Notes: generated by a model not told the origin, from the letters alone. Positions 21,439 to 31,901 are shown, counted from the first letter of the stretch. The stretch: DNA of 64,000 nt from Candidatus Latescibacterota bacterium (GCA_965248755.1 OZ252149.1:2688001-2752000), one strand, 5' to 3'. Translations and numbers: made by a program.

Positions 21439-23394
21439 TTGGTGTCGCTTTCCTGGGAAGCAGTACAATATTTCTTGGGCAGAAAGAATTCTTTTACCGC
21501 CCGGTGAGCACTTCGATAAAGAACAAAAGGTAGTAATAAAATGTTTTGAAACCAAAGATATTCTTGCCTGCCCGGGTAGTGGTAAAACAAAGGCTTTGAT
21601 TGCCAAGTTGTTGATTTTGTCCCGGCAAATGCCTCTTGAAAATAATAGGGGTATTTGCGTATTAACTCACACAAATGTGGCTATAAATGAAATAAAAAGC
21701 CACGCTTACTTTGCTTCTAAAAAGCTCTCTAATTACCCAAATCATTTTGGGACAATTCAAAGTTTCGTGGATAAATATCTTGCGATACCGACGTATATCA
21801 ATCAGTTCAACCGAAGACCATTATTCATAAACAACGAAATTTATCTTGATAGGATGGAAAGAACGAGAAAATATTTAGGTAGAAAAACAAATGCATTTTG
21901 CTATCAGAGCGGTCATAAAGATTTGCCTTATTCACTTAGATTTGAAGATTTTTCCCTGGATGATAATGGTATATGTAAAAGACTTAAATTAGATTCAAAT
22001 GATACAACTCAAAGAGCACACTATGATAGATTGCTAAGACTAAAAGAACGGATACTTTTGGATGGAATACTAAGCTATGATGATGCATATTATATAGCAG
22101 AAAGACACATTGAAAAGCACCCTAATTTGAAAAACGTATTTGCAAAAAGATTTGCCTATGTTTTCATAGATGAAATGCAGGATTCAAGTACAATACAGTC
22201 CGAACTGATGAATAAAATATTCAATGATAATGTTGTTATTCAAAAAATAGGTGATTTAAATCAATCAATATTTGACTATGACCCTAACTTGGAATGCGGT
22301 TGGGCAGTAATTGACGACAGAACTATGTGTATTACAGGTAGTAAAAGATTTTCTAACGCTATAGCAAGCAAGGTTGAAAAACTTTGTGTTTTCCGGCAGA
22401 CAATAACGGGAAATGGCAGGCAAAATGAAATTACTCCTGTTATCATTGTTTATGATGATTATACTATTCAGCAGGTATTAGATAAATTCGGTGAAATAAT
22501 TATCAGAAATAATCTACATCAGAATGAGAAAAGGGTATTTAAAGCAGTTGGATGGCGTGGAAAACCGCATGACACAAAAAGAACTATACCAAGTTATTGG
22601 TGTACTGCTTCCCAGGAAAGCGACACCAATTAAGCAACCTGGGGTAGTAGATAAAATTGTTTTCTCCACTCTTTTGGGGTCTTATATCCCAGGGATGAAT
22701 GAAGCCTGTTCTTGTTGTAATTATCGATCCACTGAGATATGATCTTCTCAGCCTGTTCAAAGGATTCAAACTTGTGAAGCCAAACACACTCTTGCTTGAG
22801 GGTCCTGAAAAAACGCTCTACAACACCGTTCCAATCGGGTTTACCACTTGGTATGTATTCCTGACGAATTCCCCAATATTCGGTACTGGCCAAATAGGCC
22901 CGAGCCAAAAAGATGGAACCATTGTCAGAGCGCAAAGTGAGACCCTGGGGGACAGCCTCCTTGGAAGTGTATCGAGAGATCACGGCCCGATCCAGGGCAT
23001 CTGTGGCCTCCAGTGCCCTCCCTTTTCGACTAAAACGATACCCAGGAACCTCCCGGCTTCCGTTGTCCACCACCGCAATAAGAGGACACCAACCATCTTT
23101 TCCACAGTAAATCTTTGTCAAGTCACTCGACCACAAACTGTCGGGACTATCCACCACAGAACGCTTCTGGGCAACCTGTGGCCCCTTTCTCCCGGGACGA
23201 TTCCACAGCTTACACTGCCACCCCTTAAGCTTCATTATCCTATGAACCTTCTTAACGTTGACACATTCCCCTTCCTTGAAACGAAGATGCGCCCAAACCC
23301 GCCTGTGACCAAATGCCTCTTCTTGGTCCAGTATCCCTCGAATACGAAAAGCAAGCTCCTCATCTATCACAGGCTCTTTAACAGAAGAACTGAC

Positions 23395-25020
23395 CCCCCA
23401 TTCGCCATATTAGACCCGAAAAATGGTTGTCAAAGTCGCCAGAACATGTTATATTACAATAAATAAGACTCATAAATGGCGGATAAATATTGATCATCCA
23501 GAGGGTGAAAGAATGAAAGTAGGTTTTGATGGAGGAATAAAGCTTGAATTTCATGGTGCAAAGGTGACATCAAACGGTGGACTTCTTGCGTATCGTGACC
23601 TTGATTACGCACTGGGATTATTTGATTCGGTATCAGCGGTTTTTACCGATAAACGCACAGGCCGTAATATCCAACATGATATATCTACTCTCCTGCGTCA
23701 ATCGATATACAGCCGTCTTGCAGGATATGAAGATGTAAATGACGCCGAGCGATTATCCGTTGATCCCGTCATGCGAGCGATTACCGGAAAGAAGGACAAA
23801 GGCAGGCAAGCTGCCAGCTCCAACACGATAGGACGTTTTGAAACTGATATACTGACTCAGCATGACAATCTCAGAAACTTGTCAGATATCAATGGCAAGT
23901 GGGTTCAAAAAGCGATGAGTAAAACACAGCATCAACGAATCATTCTGGACATGGACAGTTCGGAGAGTCCGGTACATGGCCAGCAGGAAGGATCAGCTTA
24001 CAACGGTCATTTCGGATGTACCTGTTTTCATCCAGTGTTCTGCTTCAATCAGTTCGGGGATTGTGAAGGAGTCCTACTTCGCTCTGGTAATGTTCACAGT
24101 GCTGATCGTTGGAAGGAAGTTCTGGAACCGATCGTCAAGAGATACGAGAGCAAGAAGAATAGGAAATACTTTCGAGGCGATGCTGCATTCGCAAAGCCTG
24201 AGATTTATGATTATCTGGAGGGAAACGGCTATTTGTATGCCATTCGGCTTCCCGCAAATGAGATACTCTATGAAAAGATACGATACCTGCTGACTCGGCC
24301 AGTTGGACGACCGCCGAGGAAACCGATTGTATCGTTATATGAATTTCAATATAAAGCGGCCAGTTGGGATCAATCGAGGCGAGTGGTCGCCAAGGTTGAA
24401 TGGCACCAAGGGGAGTTATTCCCAAGAGTGGGATTTATCGTGACCAACATGAGCGCCAAGCCAGAAGGCGTGGTACACTTCTACAATGGCCGTGGCAGAG
24501 CTGAGCAGTGGATTAAGGAGGGCAAGTATGCTCTGAACTGGACCCGACTCTCATGCAAGCGTTTCGTCTCCAATCAGGTGAGGCTCTGGCTGTTTGTTCT
24601 GGCTTACAACTTGGGCAACTTCCTGCGACGTTTTGTTCTTCCGAAGAAAATCAAACACTGGTCACTACGCAGCCTCCTCGTGAAATTTATCAAAATCGGA
24701 GCGAAGATTGTCAGACACAGCGGATATATTACGTTTCAAATGGCTGAGGTTGGGATAGACAAGAGGTTATTTGCCGAAATATTATCCCGGATTGAACGAT
24801 TGCGATGTTATTCTGTTTAAACTGCCACATTTTTTTGTGAGTCGATGGAGAGGTGTCTCTAATTGGAGGATTTAAACACAAAGAAAGTGATAATTCAGAG
24901 GAAAATACTATTTTAATTGAAAAAAGTACTTGTTGAAAAATGTAAAAGTGGTAATATTAATTCAGAAACAAGAATGTATCGAAATATAATCCCTCATGAA
25001 TGTGATATGGGGAATGTCGG
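23395..25020 (+). mobile_element. IS1380-family element copy 2
   Basis: IRL CCCCCATTCGCCATAT at 23395; IRR ...ATATGGGGAATGTCGG ending 25020. Confidence 0.92.
23423..24820 (+). CDS. IS1380-family transposase
   Basis: Protein identical to 14091-15488. Confidence 0.95.
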   Translation: MVVKVARTCYITINKTHKWRINIDHPEGERMKVGFDGGIKLEFHGAKVTSNGGLLAYRDLDYALGLFDSVSAVFTDKRTGRNIQHDISTLLRQSIYSRLAGYEDVNDAERLSVDPVMRAITGKKDKGRQAASSNTIGRFETDILTQHDNLRNLSDINGKWVQKAMSKTQHQRIILDMDSSESPVHGQQEGSAYNGHFGCTCFHPVFCFNQFGDCEGVLLRSGNVHSADRWKEVLEPIVKRYESKKNRKYFRGDAAFAKPEIYDYLEGNGYLYAIRLPANEILYEKIRYLLTRPVGRPPRKPIVSLYEFQYKAASWDQSRRVVAKVEWHQGELFPRVGFIVTNMSAKPEGVVHFYNGRGRAEQWIKEGKYALNWTRLSCKRFVSNQVRLWLFVLAYNLGNFLRRFVLPKKIKHWSLRSLLVKFIKIGAKIVRHSGYITFQMAEVGIDKRLFAEILSRIERLRCYSV

Positions 25021-25580
25021 ATAAGTACGAGAAAAAGGTCTCAGCTCAGATTTCTGCTCAACAGGAAGCATTAATGGCGGTGGCTACTGCTCGGGCCAAA
25101 GCGCAGCAGGCCGAGCAGGAAAAGCTGACTAAAGAGGCCGTAGGTAAAGCCAATGTCATTAAAGCCCAGTACGAAAAGGAGGAGGAGAAGATTCGTGCTG
25201 TGGTTGAAGCCCTGCAGGAAAAAGAGGTCGCCGAATTGCGAGCCCAACAGGAGCTTGAGGTAGCCAAGCTGCAGCGGCAGGCCGCAGAACTCCAAAAGCA
25301 GCGCGAAATCCTGCTGGGCCAGGGCGAAGCCGAACGCAAAAGGCTGATAATGAAGGCAGACGGCTCCTTAAAGATAAAGCTTGAGACTTACGAAAAGGTG
25401 ATGAAGTTTTGGGCTGATGCTTATGCAAAACGTCAGGTTCCGCAGCTGGTTATGGGTGGTTCTGGCGGTGCTAGTGGCACCGATCAATCCACTCTAAATT
25501 TCAATTCGGCCATGCAACTTTTGGTGGCAAAACAGCTTGGTCTAGACCTCAACGTGCCCAGAGGGACTGCTGGGAGGTAA
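25021..25580 (+). pseudogene. 3' fragment of a coiled-coil (SPFH/flotillin-like) protein gene
   Basis: Ala/Glu/Lys/Gln-rich coiled coil ending VPQLVMGG; begins abruptly at the IS1380 end. Confidence 0.55.
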
Positions 25581-25593
25581 GGGGTGTGAGATC

Positions 25594-25659
25594 CAGCCTC
25601 TCTTCAAGCGGGCACTGACAATCAGTAAGAAGGTCCTCGGTCTAGACCATCCTAACGTG
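25594..25659 (+). pseudogene. Kinesin-light-chain-type TPR fragment
   Basis: [22 protein letters not shown]. Confidence 0.7.
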
Positions 25660-25684
25660 AAAGTCCTTCGATATGCACTTGAGG

Positions 25685-26082
25685 ACGTCGAAGGGAAACG
25701 CAGGACGGTCTGCGTATCCTCTCAGGTCGGGTGTGCTCTGGGATGCACCTTCTGTTCGACCGCAAGGATGGGGCTGATACGGAACCTCTCTGCCGCAGAG
25801 ATTATAGATCAGCTCATATCCGTCAGGAGACATCATAAGCAGATAGACGACGGCATCACCAACGTGGTGATGATGGGTATGGGAGAGCCGCTCCTGAACT
25901 ACAAAAACGTGGTCAGGGCCATAAGGCTCATGGGTCTGGAGATGGGACTCGGGATCGGCGCTCGCAAGATAACCGTCTCCACGGCAGGATTTGTGCCCGG
26001 CATAGATCGGCTCAGAGATATCTCCGCCGCCTGCGGTCAGCTTATAACACCGGTCCCCAGGCAGGGGGCTGTCATATTTTAA
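25685..26082 (+). pseudogene. rlmN: rlmN (23S rRNA methyltransferase) fragment with internal deletion
   Basis: [30 protein letters not shown] joined almost directly to DISAACGQL. Confidence 0.9.
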
Positions 26083-26208
26083 GTGTCATATACGTGAGCA
26101 CAGAGAGATGTTAGAGCGGATAGAAGATGTGGAAAACCTGGAGATGTTTGAGGAGATGAGAAAGAAGTCCCCTCAATTTCAGGAAGCGCAACAATTTCAT
26201 GAATTAAT

Positions 26209-26234
26209 GTCATTCCCGTGGAAACGGGAATCCA
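26209..26234. repeat. REP-like palindrome GTCATTCCCGTGGAAACGGGAATCC
   Basis: Hairpin ATTCCCGT/ACGGGAAT with GTC leader. Confidence 0.6.
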
Positions 26235-26277
26235 GGGATGCCATGAAACCCTATTACTTGCTAGTTAGCAAATGCGG

Positions 26278-27629
26278 CTGAGTATCTGTTGTTAAAGGCA
26301 GTGGATGAACTGATAGCTTCGAATAAAAATATAAATTTCAAATCAATCTATAACTGGATTTTAAATTACCAACCTTTTTCAAGGGAAAGGGACTGGAAGG
26401 CATCTGCTTTAAATGTTTTATACAAAGTAACTACAGGATCAACAGGCGAGGTTCTGAATTCTGATAGGACAATTGAGATTGAGAAACTTACAGAGAAGCA
26501 GGTTGTATTGGAAATCGGAAGTGTAGGGAGTCAACAGGATAAAAGCTTTTTTGTTCAGACTTTACTTTTAAGGATCTACAGACATTTTTTAAAATTAGGA
26601 AGTTCTAAAGATTTGAGGTTCTCTATCGTTTTGGAAGAAGCACATAATCTCCTTCTAAAACATAAAATAGGTTATGAAAGTGTAACTGAATTAGTCTTAC
26701 GACAGATAAGGGAGTTGGGAGTTGGCTGTATTATAGCAGATCAGCATCCACATTTGATGACACTGCCGGCTATAGCAAACTATGCAACTATATGTATGAA
26801 TTTGAAGACTGAGGAAGATGTTAGGACAATGGCAAATGCTATGCTCTTGGATAAGGAGAGGGATTACATAGGCAGACTTCCTGTAGGATGGGGTATCATA
26901 AAGCTTCAGGATAGATTTTTGAAGCCTTTCTTGGTTAGATTTCCTGAATGTAAGATGGGAGATGGGAAGGTTCCATCTTCATTAAGTGATTTCACAGATT
27001 TCAGTCTTAAGACAGCTGGAGCTGCTGGAAATACAGGGATTTGGCATAGAGATAAACTTAGCAGGAGAGAGAAGGTATTTTTGACAGATATTTTCAAGCA
27101 TCCAGAATCCTATGTTATTGAGAGATATAAAAGGTTAGAGGTAAATCCAAGGGCTGGCAATCAGTGTTTAAAAGATTTGGAGGAGAGGGGATTCATCAAG
27201 CCTGTGTATGTAAGAGTTAAAAGAGGGAAGGTGAAGCTGTTTGACCTCACGGCCCTTGGGAGAGAGTATCTTAAAAAGCTTGGGTATAGAGCATCTAACA
27301 GAAGTGGTGGGGCAGAGCATAAGTTCTGGCAGAGGAAAGTGATGGAGCATTACATTGCAAAGGGTTATAAAGTTTATCCTGAATATTCTGTTGGGGCTGG
27401 GAAGAAGGTTGATGTTGTTGCTGTCAAGGATGGAAGGAAAATAGCGATTGAGATTGAGACCGGGAAATCTGATGCTGTCTCTAATATCGTAAAATGTGTA
27501 AAGGCTGGATTTGAACAGGTAATATCTGTTGCCGTATCCAAAAGACTTAAAGAGGATATAGAAAAAAGCTTAAAAGGGAAAATCGTGGATAAAGTAAAAG
27601 TGGTCTGTTTAAAACGGATTGATCTGTGA
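26278..27629 (+). pseudogene. 5'-truncated HerA/VirB4-like ATPase fused to wHTH and PD-(D/E)XK nuclease domain
   Basis: Walker B IVLEEAH, RQIRELGVG..ADQHP; no Walker A; C-terminal VDVVA..IAIEIETG. Confidence 0.7.
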
Positions 27630-27901
27630 TGGGATGGAACATGTCTTGCGCATTTGGATGGATAATAATGAAGGTGCAAAGTTTCGCCTGTTTTTTCCAA
27701 AACCTTGAAACTACTCTGGATCTCAGTGCATCGGACCAGTTGAAATCGAAAGAATTAAATACCTGGAATCACAACCTTTAAAACAGGAGTAAACTTCATT
27801 CTCTTTTATTACCCTTCAAGCCAGTAGCCCTCCGGTGGCTCTTTGTCTTCAAGGGTAACTTAGGGGGAACTTTTAAATAGAAGCTATACTTTCCCAATTG
27901 T

Positions 27902-29113
27902 ATGAAGCAAACAATTATAGATATCCATAACTTTGCACAAAAAGAACAGACAGCCAGAAAACATTTACTTGAAGCAGAAATATCTAATAGAAGTAAGGAA
28001 CTGATTTTAGAGTTCATAGATGACCTGGAATGCAGTGGAATGGGAAAAGCAAGAATTGTAAAGACAATTTCTATGGTGAAGAATATTGCAATGAAATTGA
28101 AAAAGGGGTTTCCATCAGCAGATGAAAATGATCTGAAGAAGTTTGTGAAGTCGATTCAAAACAATGGTTTTTATTCTGCCTGGACAAAGCAGGATTACAA
28201 CAAGGCGTTGAAGAAATTCTACAGGTGGCTCATAGGGAAAGGTTACACAAAAGTTGATGTTGAGTGGATACCAATAACGATGAAGTCAAAGGATAAGCCA
28301 AAACTCAAAAGAAGTGAGCTTCTAACAGAAGAGGAAGCGCATAAGGTTGTGGAGGAATGTGAGAATGCAAGGGACAAGGCATTGATATCCTTGATATGGG
28401 ATACTGGTGCAAGGATAGGAGAGATAGGTTCTATGACGATTGGCAGCGTACATTTTGAAGATGGTGGAACACTTGTGGATCTTAAAGGCAAGACAGGAAG
28501 CAGGACAGTTTTTGTTATTGAGAGCACACCACATCTGTTGACATGGCTCAAGCTTCACCCCTTCAAGGACGATCCAAAGACTCCCCTGTGGGTGACCATG
28601 GGACAGGATAGGATACACAAATATAAGCCGTTAAGATACCGGACATTCTACAAAATATTTGAGAGGTCTTTCAAAAAAGCTGGAATAAGGAAATCCTGGA
28701 ACCCGCATCTGTACAGACATTCTCGGGCTTTATGGTGTGTGCTGAATAACTGGAACACTATTATGGCCAACAAGTTCTTTGGCTGGGCAGACAACAGCAA
28801 TATGTATTCTTACTACGTATCTTTGGCTAATGAAGATGTGAAAGAGAAGATGATGCAGAGCTATGGGATAAGCACGAAGAAGGAAGATGAACTGGAAAAG
28901 AGAAAGCCGAAAATATGTGCCAGATGTGAGGCTTTGAATCAGCCCAAAGTGAAATTCTGCTATAGATGTGGTATGGCGATAGATCTAAAGACTGTGTTGA
29001 GCTTAGACGAGCAACGGAAGGCTTCTGATGAACTGATGAACGCACTTGTGAAAGATCCTGAAGTTCAGAGGATTCTTGTCAACAAGATCAGGGAAATGAG
29101 ACTAAGGGTGTAA
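27902..29113 (+). CDS. Tyrosine recombinase/integrase with C-terminal zinc ribbon (archaeal type)
   Basis: TGARIGE (R), KGKTG (K), PHLYRHS (HxxR), GW...YV (Y); CARC...CYRC. Confidence 0.9.
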   Translation: MKQTIIDIHNFAQKEQTARKHLLEAEISNRSKELILEFIDDLECSGMGKARIVKTISMVKNIAMKLKKGFPSADENDLKKFVKSIQNNGFYSAWTKQDYNKALKKFYRWLIGKGYTKVDVEWIPITMKSKDKPKLKRSELLTEEEAHKVVEECENARDKALISLIWDTGARIGEIGSMTIGSVHFEDGGTLVDLKGKTGSRTVFVIESTPHLLTWLKLHPFKDDPKTPLWVTMGQDRIHKYKPLRYRTFYKIFERSFKKAGIRKSWNPHLYRHSRALWCVLNNWNTIMANKFFGWADNSNMYSYYVSLANEDVKEKMMQSYGISTKKEDELEKRKPKICARCEALNQPKVKFCYRCGMAIDLKTVLSLDEQRKASDELMNALVKDPEVQRILVNKIREMRLRV

Positions 29114-29274
29114 TCTAGTATTCACATTTTCTGAGTCTTACTGTTTTTGACCTTTTGACCCTGCCGGCTTTTTGTAAAGAACCCATCGTTTCTTTGTCCC
29201 TCCCCATTTCACGCCCCAATTCATACCCAACTACGTGGAAAGTTGTTATATACTTCTGGCTCTCACCTCCTTTT

Positions 29275-29382
29275 ATGGCATCAGAAAAAGAGAAGGAGAT
29301 ATTCAGCCACCTTCCGGAGTGGATGAAGATATTAAACGATATGACCAAGGAGATTGAAGAACAAGAATCTGAAAAGTACTAA
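29275..29382 (+). CDS. Small hypothetical protein
   Basis: MASEKEKEIFSHLPEW...; TATA-like box about 23 nt upstream. Confidence 0.4.
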   Translation: MASEKEKEIFSHLPEWMKILNDMTKEIEEQESEKY

Positions 29383-29493
29383 AATGCTCTTATATCCTAA
29401 ATTTCAGGGGAATTGTAAATCGAACTTCTATGGAAAGCCTTTTGAAGCTATTGATTATCTTTCTCTTAGTTTATACAACGCAGGAGTGATAAA

Positions 29494-29682
29494 ATGACAA
29501 AAGTAATTGACCCAAACTTTGAAACCTTTGGATGGAAAACCCATGTTAGAGAAAGAAGAGGTTCGTTTAAGATTACTATAAACAATCTGATAGCTGTGGG
29601 GGCAGGACTGAAACACGGACAGCCCCTGTACTGCTATGTTGCCAAAGATAAGGATGGCAGGACCTTAATTGTAATATATCCG
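29494..29682 (+). pseudogene. Small AbrB-like hypothetical gene truncated at the transposition-unit end
   Basis: GGAGTGA RBS; GSFKITI..GLKHGQ..LIVIY then runs into IS3 sequence. Confidence 0.45.
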
Positions 29683-29782
29683 CTGACACCTCTATCCCTA
29701 AACCTATACAGAGTCGAACGATGCAAACCCAAAGCCAAAGCTACCACCTTGCGGGAATAGCCTCGACCCAAAAACCGCCCAC

Positions 29783-30112
29783 TCAAGGCAACCGCTTCGT
29801 TTTTTTTAGACGGGCTACCTCTTCGAGTATCTCCAACTGGAGCGTCAACTGCCCTACCTTGCGCTCCAACCGGCTAACCTCTCGCTCCTTCGGATCCTTG
29901 CGACCACGCCGAGACTTCAGACTCTCCTGGCCCCCTTCTAAGAAACTATCACGCCAAGCATACGCCTGCGACTGGCTAATTCCATTCTTACGACACACCT
30001 CAGATAGATCTGCTCCTCTCAAAAGAGCCAACACAATCTCTCCCTTACGGGTCGCCGTCCAGCGCTTACCATCTTTCACTTCGGGGCTCGACACCTTGAC
30101 CTCCCTTCTCAA
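29783..30112 (-). CDS. IS3 OrfA
   Basis: Identical to other copies. Confidence 0.9.
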   Translation of the reverse strand: MRREVKVSSPEVKDGKRWTATRKGEIVLALLRGADLSEVCRKNGISQSQAYAWRDSFLEGGQESLKSRRGRKDPKEREVSRLERKVGQLTLQLEILEEVARLKKTKRLP

Positions 30113-30987
30113 ACCCCAATTTGCGAAATATTTGTCGCTCTGTCAAGGGGAGCGGTATGTTGGGACGGCTACTCCAAAGAAATAAAAGTTAAAAAAACTG
30201 AATTTAGTAATCTAAAAAGTTATTTAGCTCCACAATCTGATAGTTTTATTTCATCTAATGGAGTTAATTTTTACAAGAAGAGGTTAGGGGAAGCTTTCTT
30301 AAAGTGCTTAAGAATTGCAGGAGTAACTGACGATGGAAGGGCATTCACAGAGAAAAAACTGCATAAATATATATCAGAAAAAAACTCGGATTTTTACCAG
30401 GATTTTAGGGTAAGGCTCGCCAATTGGTGTTTGAAGATACACAGGCAAGAAGAAGTTTTTGAAGAAATAAAACATTATCTAACCAATGAATTTAAGGAGT
30501 TTTTTAATTATCAGGTGAATGTTGAACTTACAATCTTTATAAATTCATCAGATTTGGAAGCGGATGATGAAGAAACCCATTCGAGCAATAACATCTACAA
30601 ATATTCTTCTGGAACAACTGATATCGACATAGAAGTTTCAACTATTCATGGTGTCAAAGGCGAAACCCATACGGCAACATGTTACCTTGAAACTTTCTTT
30701 TATGACTATGACATTAAGCGAATAATAAATTATATAAAGGGAGAGCATACTAAGCCAAAAGAAAGAGTAATTCAAAATCTAAAAATGGCTTTTGTAGGGA
30801 TGTCACGTCCATCTCGTCTCCTTTGCATTGCGGTTCATAAGGATAGTATTACCGGACAAGAAGAAGCACTGCAGAGAAGTGGTTGGGATGTTAATAAGGA
30901 ATTGTTAGCAGGTAGTAATAACTGAAACAAGAAGGCTATTTATAATCGAAGATAGGTGCGATAATCGAAGATGGGTGGTTGCCATAT

Positions 30988-31407
30988 CATACCGTTCCCC
31001 TTCACAGAACGACAGATATTCTGTAAATCGGGGTTCGCGAAGGGCAAGATGTCAGCGCCAGAGCAGAAGACGGCTAGCGCTGGACAACGGTTCGATCTTT
31101 CTTTCTAGATCCTATTTGGTAAGTACCGAATATTAGGGGTTTGTCAAGAATATGTTCCGAGCGGAAAGGCCGATTGGAACGGTGTTGTAGAGCGTTTTTT
31201 CAGGACCCTCAAGCAAGAGTGTGTTTGACTTCACAGCTTCGAATCCTTTGAGCAAGCTGAGAAGATCATATCTCAGTGGATCGATAATTACGACAAGAAC
31301 CGTCTTCATTCATCCCTGGGATACAAGACCCTGCAAGAATGGAGAAAACAATAATATCTGCTACCCCAAGTTGCTTAATCGGTGTCGCTTTCCAGGGGGG
31401 CAGTACA
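30988..31407 (+). mobile_element. Diverged, internally deleted IS3 derivative (MITE-like, about 420 bp)
   Basis: Ends CATACCGTTCCCC / GGGGCAGTACA; orfA start fused to the DNGS region of orfB. Confidence 0.85.
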
Positions 31408-31642
31408 TGTTGATTACGGCGAAGTCTACTCCATTTGTCAACCGTGCTACGTGATTTCCATCCACATCAATGACATCCCATTCCCCGTTGACCACATCCC
31501 ACTTTTCCAGTCCTCCCGATTCAAAATCGTCAGCAAAGAGCGTTTCAGCTGATGGGGTAGGCGCAAAGCCGATTGAACAGATCAAGAACAAAATTATAGT
31601 AGTTCCTGTTCCGGCTATGCTAACGTTAAGCTTTATTGACAT
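31408..31642 (-). pseudogene. Secreted protein gene truncated by the IS3 remnant
   Basis: Signal peptide plus LFADDFESG..WDVVNGEW (DUF1080/LamG-like start), cut at the IS end. Confidence 0.55.
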
Positions 31643-31901
31643 GGTCTTTTCTCTACTTTGATACGGGAGAAATCTTTTGGAAATTCTTAAGTCCCAGAGT
31701 ATCTCAGTTTCGATGATCAATATAAGTACTCGCTATATGTAAGTCAACTTTTAAAGAGTTTGCTCTTTACTTTGGAGCTTTTTTTTCATATCTTTACAGA
31801 TAAGTGGCGTCTAGAGTCCATAGTTTGGGCATGCCTTTAGAGCTCAGGTAGTAGCTTAGCAAGAGCAGATAAAGAGTTTGGAAAGGAATGGGAGGTCGAA
31901 G

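Larger units (their letters stand above)
20202..21467 (+). mobile_element. IS3-family element copy 2, intact (about 1.27 kb), no matching TSD
   Basis: Same ends as copy 1; uninterrupted GGTGTCAGTTCT site; flanks ATAG vs ATAT. Confidence 0.95.
22601..30159 (-). mobile_element. IS3-family element copy 3 (inverted), interrupted by a 6.3-kb IS1380 transposition unit; 4-bp TSD TTGG
   Basis: TTGG at 22597-22600 and 30160-30163; OrfB part 22630-23394, OrfA 29783-30112. Confidence 0.92.
21468..30925 (+). pseudogene. UvrD/Rep-family (GajB-like) helicase split by IS3 copy 3 and lacking its start
   Basis: ACPGSGKT, LTHTNVA, FIDEMQD, GDLNQSI in 21468-22600; removing the IS and one TTGG gives in-frame PSYW-DGYSKEIK continuing to STIHGVKGETH and stop at 30925. 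Confidence 0.88.

Noticed and set aside
21281..22633. 450-aa ORF as an intact helicase
   Set aside because: Both termini are read from IS3 sequence; the real gene is split.
27902..29113. Integrase as marker of a prophage or island at tRNA-Thr
   Set aside because: It lies 25 kb away inside IS1380 cargo; no tRNA 3' duplication or phage genes were found.
21468..30987. ATAT right of IS3 copy 2 matches ATAT left of copy 4, suggesting an integrated circle (the join would read MGGCHISWAE in frame)
   Set aside because: Outer flanks (ATAG vs TGTT) do not match, the two IS copies are diverged, and a 4-bp AT-rich match is easily chance.
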